From the NCBI GenBank assembly GCA_965248925.1, contig CBDFLE010000006.1, positions 1,696,001 to 1,760,000 on the forward strand: a stretch of 64,000 nt of DNA, written 5' to 3'. The position numbers and the translations under genes are program-made. How positions within the stretch are numbered: the first letter of the stretch is position 1; every line of letters starts with the position of its first letter. Under the pieces are notes generated by a model. The model ran no database searches. It worked only from the letters and a program-made list of their open reading frames with translations, and was not told the DNA's origin. Below are positions 9,692 through 17,139 of the stretch, one piece after another. The stretch is from Candidatus Multivoradales bacterium (GTDB lineage Bacteria; Acidobacteriota; Thermoanaerobaculia; Multivoradales; J023).

Positions 9692-10780
9692 TCATCGGCC
9701 ATCCGCAAGCGCTCCGATGGCTGCCGCCGTGGTTGCGCCCGCGTTCACATCTACCCCTGGAGGCAGGTCCAGGCCGAGTATTGAAAGTTCGTCTGCTTTG
9801 AGCGGAGGAAGGTCGTGATACTCCAGTCGCCCCGCATAGGGGCAGCCGAAGTATCGCGCTGTAGTCATGATCTCGTGAAAACTGTGCGCTTTGATCGACA
9901 TCAAATAACCCAAGACCGCGACCCGAACTCTCAACAGCGAGCTCATCCGGAGGATTCGAGCAAACTGCAGGTACTGCATAGTGACGCCCGACAAGCCGGT
10001 GGCCAGCGGCATCGCCGCTGCATTGGAAGCGCGGACGAAAGCGTCCGCTGGATTGGGGCGCCACTGCCGCCGCGGATCCATCCACGGTACGAGGTCGTTA
10101 CCCAACGGATTCATCAACTTGCGTTCACGGCTATCGAATCGGCCGCCTTCCGCGACAAAGTCGGAGCGGGACTGCAGCGACCAGATCATCTCTTCCGCGT
10201 CCGTGGGGCACGCCTGCCGGGAGTTCTCCTGCTGTCGACGGAGGGGGTGCCAGAGCATCTTCCCGAAGTCTTCGTAAGGATCCAGACTCGCGAGTCGAAT
10301 GCTCTGGTGTCGTGAAATCTCGCTCTTTCGTCGCAGCGCCTGATCGAGCATCGAGCGCAACAGCTGGATGTCGTAACCAGCGTCCGCTGCGAGCTTCAAT
10401 CCATCGGCGAGGCGGTCGGGGCCGGCAAGGTCTTCGAAAAGAAGCCTGCAAACGAAGAGCCAGAGGTGTGCCATCGATTCGCGAAGGTTCCCTCGGCCCG
10501 CGAAGACGCAACGCAGCTCCGCTTCGCCGTCCCCGACTCGACCGGCGAAATGGCTTTCGAGCGGAGAAGCACAGCGTCGCATCAGCGCGTAGCGGGATTC
10601 TGCGGCGCGACGCCTGCCGAGAGCCCGGGCCCGGATCTCGATATACCGATTCGCCGCCTGCAGCATGTCTCCCGCCGATCTCGAAGCGATCGGGTGATCG
10701 GCCAGCGCATGCCCCAGACCACGTTCGAACCGTTCCCGAGCCGCCAACGTAGTCTCGGGCCATTGCCCTTTGCCCGTCAT
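9692..10780 (-). CDS. Uncharacterised protein with GxSG...HxxxE motif (candidate S-HxxxE nucleotidyltransferase/AMPylase)
   Basis: MPLATGLSGVT followed 35 residues later by HSFHE. ATGA overlaps at both ends couple it into the operon. Confidence 0.6.
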   Translation of the reverse strand: MTGKGQWPETTLAARERFERGLGHALADHPIASRSAGDMLQAANRYIEIRARALGRRRAAESRYALMRRCASPLESHFAGRVGDGEAELRCVFAGRGNLRESMAHLWLFVCRLLFEDLAGPDRLADGLKLAADAGYDIQLLRSMLDQALRRKSEISRHQSIRLASLDPYEDFGKMLWHPLRRQQENSRQACPTDAEEMIWSLQSRSDFVAEGGRFDSRERKLMNPLGNDLVPWMDPRRQWRPNPADAFVRASNAAAMPLATGLSGVTMQYLQFARILRMSSLLRVRVAVLGYLMSIKAHSFHEIMTTARYFGCPYAGRLEYHDLPPLKADELSILGLDLPPGVDVNAGATTAAAIGALADGR

Positions 10781-11826
10781 GCGACTGTGACTTTCGACAG
10801 CTCGTTCTTAGAAGGGAACAGACGAGACAACGAGCGGCCATGCGGATCGTCGATTGCCGCCCGCACCGCCTCGTCAGCCACCGCGTCGAGCCACGGTGCA
10901 ACCTCGGGAACATAGGAAAGCAACCTGCCCGCGACGCCGGGCGCCGCCATCCAAAGCGTGCCCCTCTCGCCCAATTCGACGGTTGTCGTCCCGCGATGTC
11001 TGGGTACGAAAACAGCGCTCGTGAGAAGGCCTGCAGGAGGGAAAATCAACATGTTCCACAAACCGGGATTGCCGGCTCGACTGTCATGAAACGCGACCAG
11101 CTTTGCCAAACTTCGAGCGACCGCTGAGTCCCGACCTTCCAAGAAAAGGCCCGACAGAGGACCCAAGCGATAGCTCGCGACCTCGATCCCTTCTCCAGAA
11201 AAGACACATCTCAGCTCGGATCGACGCGCGCGAAGCGCCGCTTGCAAGGGCAGCTCGGCACGCATAATCTGCCAATGCCAATGATCCTGGCTATTGCTGA
11301 CAGTACCGTTGAAGAAAGCTACCAATGGCCGATCCGACTGAGCGGCTCGGGTCAAAGCAATCATGTCGGCAATCTCGGACTCGGACAGCCATGCCTGTTC
11401 ACGGTGTTCGGGGGTCACCACGGTGAATTGGACACCGTCTTGACCTTCGTAGGGTTTCGGATGGGGCGGGATCTCGTATCGCCGCCAGGCCAGTCTCCGC
11501 TCCTGAGCCAACGGCGGGTTGCACATTACACAAGTCCGCAGGCCCCGGCTCGGCAGCCGAGGAACATCGAGATTCGGTACGTTCTCTCCGAGGTGCTCGT
11601 TCCAGTGAGTGTAGTTCCATGATTCGAGCAACCCCGAGGTACCGAGGTGGGTCAGGAGCTTGGCGGAAGGCAAGTCCGCGGCGAAGAAGGGAAGCGAGCG
11701 ATGGTAGTCGGCTAGGATGCCCAGCGCCGCCGCCAGCTCCTTGTCAGACACGCGTACAATCGGTTGCTGGTCGAGAGATCCGAATGACTTCGTCTCTCCC
11801 CCAACCTCTACCTCCCAGCTATTCAT
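10777..11826 (-). CDS. HIT/GalT-superfamily nucleotidyltransferase/phosphorylase (Ap4A phosphorylase or DUF4922-like)
   Basis: FFNGTVSNSQDHWHWQ (HxHxQ), upstream CVMC and HREQ, downstream WNML..FVPR. Confidence 0.72.
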   Translation of the reverse strand: MNSWEVEVGGETKSFGSLDQQPIVRVSDKELAAALGILADYHRSLPFFAADLPSAKLLTHLGTSGLLESWNYTHWNEHLGENVPNLDVPRLPSRGLRTCVMCNPPLAQERRLAWRRYEIPPHPKPYEGQDGVQFTVVTPEHREQAWLSESEIADMIALTRAAQSDRPLVAFFNGTVSNSQDHWHWQIMRAELPLQAALRARRSELRCVFSGEGIEVASYRLGPLSGLFLEGRDSAVARSLAKLVAFHDSRAGNPGLWNMLIFPPAGLLTSAVFVPRHRGTTTVELGERGTLWMAAPGVAGRLLSYVPEVAPWLDAVADEAVRAAIDDPHGRSLSRLFPSKNELSKVTVA

Positions 11827-11977
11827 TATCTGCTATTCACTAACTAAGATATTCACTCAAGATGAGCTAATCGGAAGCAATCATGCAGCACCGATATGAG
11901 AGTCTACGCTAGAAGACCTCGGGGCTCAAGGGGTCCCGATCCCGACCACCCTCCTGACTCCCCGCGAGCTGCCGTCT

Positions 11978-13312
11978 ATGGAAACACCCAACAGGCTGGT
12001 AACCCTCCCGATCCCAGTGGCAATCTGGCGGTCTTCTCTACCCCTGCTATTCGGGCTCTTGACCGTGGCCAGCATCCCATTGGTCGACAGCGTCTACGTC
12101 TCGCACTACTCGACTCGAGCCTTCAACTCCCTTGCCATGGCCTTGCCGATCATGACGCTCGTTAGCGCCTTCGCTTCGTCGTTGGCCGCCGCCGCAGGCA
12201 ACGCATACGCAAGGGCCAGTAGACCTGAGAGAGGGAATCTTGAATTCACCTCAGCGGTCACCCTCGCCCTCACCAGTGGGCTGGTCTTGGTGGCAGTCGC
12301 CCTGTTCGGCACTAGCTCGATACTCGCGTGGTATCGCCTCGATTCATCGTCGGAGCTTGCTAGGGGTTTCTCGGCGTATTGGCGATGGATCCTTCCTACC
12401 CTTCCCCTCTACCTGCTTTTCGGCTGCCTGCTGCAAACCCTGGTGGCGAGGGGCGAAACTGCCCGCGCCAATCGGTCCGTTGCCGTTTTGGCCGCGGTCA
12501 ACTTCGCCATCGACCCAGTTCTGATCTTCGGGCTCGACCTCGGAATCACCGGTGCGGCGATCGCCGCGGATATTGCCTATCTGGCCGCGAACCTAGCGGC
12601 GATTCGAGGGCTTCGCGCGATTCCCGGGCTGACCCTCCAGCCGCTGAGTCTCCGACGACTCGGCAAGCCGATATGGCGACAACTGCGTACCGGATTCTTC
12701 ATCGCCGCCGGAACCAGCGCGTTTCTGGTCAGCGACTTTCTTTTTCGCCGCATGGCAGCGCTCGAAGGGCCCGAGGCGATCACCGCCATCGGGATCGCCG
12801 ATCAGCTCGCGCTGGTCTTCATCCAGGTGACCCGAGGGATTGCCGCAGGGATAATCCCGGTGGCCGGGGCCTACTTGGCGCTGAATCGGTGGGGTCGGCT
12901 GGTCATGATCTACTGGAGCGGCACCAGTCTCGTCGGAATCTTTTACGCCGTCGCCGGCCTGCTCTTGATCGGAGCGCCCGCTCTCGCGCTCGGCTTCTTC
13001 GACATTTCCAGGGAAGCCGCGACTGCAGACCAAGTCATATTCTTGCAAGTGACCGGCGCCACCCTATTGATCAACGTACCGGCAAGACTGCTGCCGCCAT
13101 GCGCCGTGGCACTCGGTCGCCCCCAGGTGGGAACCTTCTACAGCGTCACTGCCGTGGCAACTTGCTATCTCCTCGCTGTCTGGCTCGTACCGGAGTACTC
13201 CTATGTCGGCATCGCTTGGGGCCGATTCTTCGGTTTCCTGCTGGTCAACATCGCGGGTATCCCCTATCTCTTTTCCTTGATGAAGGCCGAGCCGAAGCGT
13301 CAGCCGCGCTGA
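11978..13312 (+). CDS. MATE-family efflux transporter
   Basis: 444 aa polytopic membrane protein with VDSVYV and NFAIDPVLIFGLDLGITGAAIA. Divergent from the radical SAM operon. Confidence 0.85.
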   Translation: METPNRLVTLPIPVAIWRSSLPLLFGLLTVASIPLVDSVYVSHYSTRAFNSLAMALPIMTLVSAFASSLAAAAGNAYARASRPERGNLEFTSAVTLALTSGLVLVAVALFGTSSILAWYRLDSSSELARGFSAYWRWILPTLPLYLLFGCLLQTLVARGETARANRSVAVLAAVNFAIDPVLIFGLDLGITGAAIAADIAYLAANLAAIRGLRAIPGLTLQPLSLRRLGKPIWRQLRTGFFIAAGTSAFLVSDFLFRRMAALEGPEAITAIGIADQLALVFIQVTRGIAAGIIPVAGAYLALNRWGRLVMIYWSGTSLVGIFYAVAGLLLIGAPALALGFFDISREAATADQVIFLQVTGATLLINVPARLLPPCAVALGRPQVGTFYSVTAVATCYLLAVWLVPEYSYVGIAWGRFFGFLLVNIAGIPYLFSLMKAEPKRQPR

Positions 13313-13739
13313 GCTCGCCTATGCTCGAATGCTGACCCGCAGGATGCCACTCAGCAGGTCAGGCGACTCTAGCAAGATCCCATCCAGAAACGCTGTTCCG
13401 CCGCTTTTTGGCGGCCGAATCAGCCCTGGTGCTGAGTTCCTACGAGGAGGTGTCAGCGGCAGTTGGAAAGCGTACGTAGTTGGTGTAAAGCGCAGAACAG
13501 CGCCGTCCGCTAGATCCAGCTAACCGGCATCGTCATCCCCGCCGAAGGCGGGCTTCGCGTGAAGTGCATGGCGTATAACGCACGATAGAATGGCGACCAT
13601 GACTGAGCCTGAAAGCCATCGCCTCATTCTTCGGCAACCACTGCGAACGGCGGGTTTCGATCTGCAAGAGCCCTCTGTGCCAATGTAGGTGAGACACTCC
13701 CGTACCGATAAATTAGTGAGGGCGTGGAGAGCAAACACC

Positions 13740-14153
13740 ATGGCGAGTCCAAGCCACGAGCTGCGAGATATGAGTGCTGACCGACCAGATCCCGAGGTAA
13801 CTGAGAAGGCGAAGCGGCGGCGGTACAGCGCGTCGTACAAGCTGAGCATCGTCCAGGCCGCCGACGCCTGTAGCAAAGCCGGCGAGATTGGCGCCCTGCT
13901 TCGCCGGGAGGGTCTGTATTCCTCACTCCTATCGAAGTGGCGCCAGCAACGCGATGCCAGTGCTCTGGCCGGTCTGTCGAAGAAGCGCGGTCGCAAGCGT
14001 CGACCGGTCTCTGCCGAGGCCCGCCGCGTCGCGGAGCTTGAGCGTGAGAATGCCCGGCTCAAGCATCAGCTGTACAAAGCCGAGACGATCATCGATGTCC
14101 AAAAAAAACTTTCCCGGCTGCTAGGGATCGAGCCGAGCGAGAGCCAGCCATGA
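13740..14153 (+). CDS. IS3 transposase OrfA (HTH and leucine zipper)
   Basis: KRRRYSASYKL, LLRREGLYSSLLSKWRQQR, LERENARLK, IIDVQKK. Confidence 0.88.
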   Translation: MASPSHELRDMSADRPDPEVTEKAKRRRYSASYKLSIVQAADACSKAGEIGALLRREGLYSSLLSKWRQQRDASALAGLSKKRGRKRRPVSAEARRVAELERENARLKHQLYKAETIIDVQKKLSRLLGIEPSESQP

Positions 14154-15271
14154 GCGCTGTGGCGCCGCTGGCCGAGACGGTGGGGGTGCAAGCAGCCTGC
14201 GTCGCCTTGGCGGTCCCCAGAGCCACTTTCTATCGCCGCCGTCGGCAGCAGAGCGCAGGGCCGCAGCTATCAACGCGGCCTCGACCGCCGCTGGCATTGA
14301 CGCCCGCTGAACGCCAGGAGGTCCTCGATGTGTTGCACTCGGAGCGCTTCGTCGACCGCTCGCCGCGTCAAGTCTGGGCGGCGCTGCTGGACGAGGATCA
14401 GCGCCATATCTGCTCGGTGCGCACCATGTACCGGGTCCTGGAGTCTGAGGGCGAGCTGCGCGAGCGACGCCGTCAGCGGCGTCATCCCAACTACACCAAG
14501 CCCGAACTGCTGGCCACAGGGCCGAACGAGGTGTGGTCGTGGGACATCACCAAGCTCAAGGGCCCGGTGAAGTGGACCCACTACTACCTTTACGTAATTC
14601 TGGACGTCTTCAGCCGCTACATCGTCGGCTGGATGCTCGCCTGCCGCGAGTCCGGAGGGCTCGCGAAGCGGTTGATCGCCGACAGTGTTGAGAAGCAAGG
14701 TGTTGAGCGAGATCGACTTACCTTGCACTCGGACCGCGGTTCGAGCATGACATCCAAGCCAGTGGCTCTACTGCTGGCCGATCTCGGGATGACACGGTCG
14801 CTGAACCGGCCCTACACGAGCAACGACAATCCGTTCTCTGAGGCCCAGTTCAAGACGCTCAAGTACCATCCGAGCTTTCCCGACCGCTTCGGATCACTGG
14901 AAGATGCACGAGCATTCTGCCGCTCGTTCATCGGCTGGTACAACACGCAGCACTACCACACAGGACTCGGCTTGTTGACGCCAGAGACCGTCCACTACGG
15001 CCTCACGGCCTCAGTACTGGAGCAACGTCGAGAAGTCCTCGCCGCCGCCTCAGCCGCTCATCCAAGCCGCTTCAAGCGGCGAGCGCCGGCTTTGCCGGAG
15101 CCCAGTGACAAGGTCTGGATCAACCCGCCGACCACCGCCGCCAGCACTGACCCAGTCGATACCGAGAACGTAGTGACACACCGCGTACACAACGACGCAC
15201 CAGGCGAGACCCCTGGCTGCGCGCCCTCGCTGAAAGCGATGGTGCCGGAGCCACTACCGATTCCGTACTAA
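14150..15271 (+). CDS. IS3 transposase OrfB (rve DDE integrase core)
   Basis: WSWDITKL, LHSDRGSSM, SNDNPFSEAQFKT; ATGA overlap with orfA. Confidence 0.92.
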   Translation: MSAVAPLAETVGVQAACVALAVPRATFYRRRRQQSAGPQLSTRPRPPLALTPAERQEVLDVLHSERFVDRSPRQVWAALLDEDQRHICSVRTMYRVLESEGELRERRRQRRHPNYTKPELLATGPNEVWSWDITKLKGPVKWTHYYLYVILDVFSRYIVGWMLACRESGGLAKRLIADSVEKQGVERDRLTLHSDRGSSMTSKPVALLLADLGMTRSLNRPYTSNDNPFSEAQFKTLKYHPSFPDRFGSLEDARAFCRSFIGWYNTQHYHTGLGLLTPETVHYGLTASVLEQRREVLAAASAAHPSRFKRRAPALPEPSDKVWINPPTTAASTDPVDTENVVTHRVHNDAPGETPGCAPSLKAMVPEPLPIPY

Positions 15272-15468
15272 TTCCCAGAAGAAAGTGTCTCACTTTCATT
15301 GACACATTCCGGAGCTGCGACAGGGGCAATCGCTATTGCGGCCCTAAGTGCGCTCGTCAGGCTCGCCTCAAGGCCCACCTTGAAGCGAATCGGCAGCACC
15401 AGGCAACCCACCGGGGGCGTAAATTACAGCGGGCACGCCAGGCTCACTACCGCGCGCGCCAGCGTCGC

Positions 15469-17088
15469 GTGACGGATCACAGTGACAGCTCAATGGACAA
15501 GACGGTGTCCAAGCTACCCCAAGCGCCGAGCAGCTGTCTTGCCACGCAGTTCGGTTGGACCCAAAAGGGCGTGTTTTGTGTGAACGTCGCTTTTCTTACC
15601 CTACCCGTCCAGTCTTCAGGCGACCTTTTGCTGGTCGGCGCCCACCAGCGAGAGACCTTCGAAATCGAGGTGCCAGCCAATTCGGGAGAGGTGCCGGGAG
15701 AGGTGCCAGCCAATTCGGGAGAGCTCATCCTCAGTGTCGAAGGCGACCCCAATGGCTTCTTCCTCTGGGGTGCGCCAACCTTCGTCCCAGCCGGCGGCAG
15801 CGAGTTGCCGTCGCTGGTGCTGATCACCCTCGACACTACCCGCCGCGACGTACTCGGGGCCTACGGTGGAGCGCCGGGCCTGACCCCGGCCTTGGACGCC
15901 CTGGCCGCCGAGGCGACGGTCTTCGAGCGCGCCTATGCCCCCTCCTCCTGGACCCTGCCCTCGCACGCTTCGATCTTCACCGGCCTCTACCCCTCGCGCC
16001 ACGGTGCTGGGGTCGCTGGCGATCATCTCGAAGGACGCTTCACCACCGTCGCCGAGCTGCTGCGGCAGCGGGGCTATCTGACCGCCGGATTCGCAGGCGG
16101 CTTGCTTTCCTCCTACCGCTTCGGCGTTGCCCAAGGGTTCTCCCTATTCCGCGACCCGACCGGTTTCGAGTCCTCGGCCGACGAGATCAACAGCCATGCC
16201 CGCAGCCTGTTGGCCGACAGCGGTGAGCAGCCCTTGTTCTTGTTCATCAACTACTTCGACCCCCACTTCCCTTACGCCGCCCCGAAGGGATTCCGCGCCG
16301 CCCAGCAAGTCGATCAGAAGATCGCCAGCGTCCAAGGTCCCGAGCTGTGGCTTGCAGCCCTGGCCGGCTCCAGCGAAGCCTGGTTGCGAGTCACCGCCGG
16401 TGAGGTCGCCCACAGCGCCGAGGCCCTCGACGCCTTGGGCGCCGCCTACCGCGCCGAAATCGCCTTCACCGACCAACAGCTCGGCAAGCTCTTCGACGAC
16501 CTGCGGCGCAACAATCGTTGGCAAGACAGCCTGATCATCGTCACCGCCGACCACGGCGAATTGTTGGGGGAAGGAGGGCACGTCTCCCACGCTGCCCGTC
16601 TCGATCCCGAGTTGGTCGAAGTGCCGCTGATTATCAAATGGCCCGGCCAGCAGCAAGGCGCCCGGCGCGACCAACTAGTCTCTCTGGTCGACCTCTTCCC
16701 CACCCTGCTACGCGCCGCCGGAATCGAGCTACCCGAGAACATCGACGGCCTGCCCCTACAAGCCGCAAAAGCCCTCGAAAAGCGCTCCGCCGTGTGGATG
16801 GAAGAGCACGACAGCGACTTCCACCGCTTGCCCGAGCGCATGCGCCACGGCGCCGACGCCTACGGCCGCCAAGAAAAAGCCTTCCGCCAAATCGCCTGGG
16901 AAGACGGCACCCTCTGCGCCCGCGGCGGCACCGGCGCCTGGCGCCCCACCCCCTGCCCGCCCACGGACCCCGAGGGTCGCCAGCTCTTCGACCAGGCCGG
17001 CGCCGACGCCTGGCGCGCCCAGGCCACCCGCATCGGCCTCAGCGATGAAGAACGCAGCAAGCTGCGGGCGTTGGGTTATTTGCAGTAG
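15469..17088 (+). CDS. Sulfatase-like hydrolase, second copy (start uncertain, possibly 5'-truncated)
   Basis: LITLDTTRRD, SWTLPSHASIFTG, ADHGE. 15836-17088 duplicates 1-1253. In-frame 24 bp repeat at 15667-15690 and 15700-15723. Confidence 0.82.
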   Translation: MTDHSDSSMDKTVSKLPQAPSSCLATQFGWTQKGVFCVNVAFLTLPVQSSGDLLLVGAHQRETFEIEVPANSGEVPGEVPANSGELILSVEGDPNGFFLWGAPTFVPAGGSELPSLVLITLDTTRRDVLGAYGGAPGLTPALDALAAEATVFERAYAPSSWTLPSHASIFTGLYPSRHGAGVAGDHLEGRFTTVAELLRQRGYLTAGFAGGLLSSYRFGVAQGFSLFRDPTGFESSADEINSHARSLLADSGEQPLFLFINYFDPHFPYAAPKGFRAAQQVDQKIASVQGPELWLAALAGSSEAWLRVTAGEVAHSAEALDALGAAYRAEIAFTDQQLGKLFDDLRRNNRWQDSLIIVTADHGELLGEGGHVSHAARLDPELVEVPLIIKWPGQQQGARRDQLVSLVDLFPTLLRAAGIELPENIDGLPLQAAKALEKRSAVWMEEHDSDFHRLPERMRHGADAYGRQEKAFRQIAWEDGTLCARGGTGAWRPTPCPPTDPEGRQLFDQAGADAWRAQATRIGLSDEERSKLRALGYLQ

Positions 17089-17139
17089 CAAATTCAGGCA
17101 CTTCCTGGGGGATCCGCCACTCCACTTGCGCTGTAGTCG

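Larger units (their letters stand above)
13668..15311 (+). mobile_element. Complete IS3-family insertion sequence
   Basis: IRs TGTGCCAATGTAGGTGAGACA (13676-13696) and TGTCTCACTTTCATTGACACA (15286-15306), 18/21 match; contains orfA and orfB. Outer ends are approximate. Confidence 0.9.

Noticed and set aside
9579-9695. 39 aa segment as a RiPP precursor for the two radical SAM enzymes
   Set aside because: It has no stop codon of its own, neither enzyme shows an RRE or SPASM domain, and the B12 enzyme matches a nucleotide-acting family.
9696-10085. N-terminal part of the 555 aa ORF call
   Set aside because: It overlaps the 9692-10780 gene in another frame; plausible starts are 9695 or 9578.
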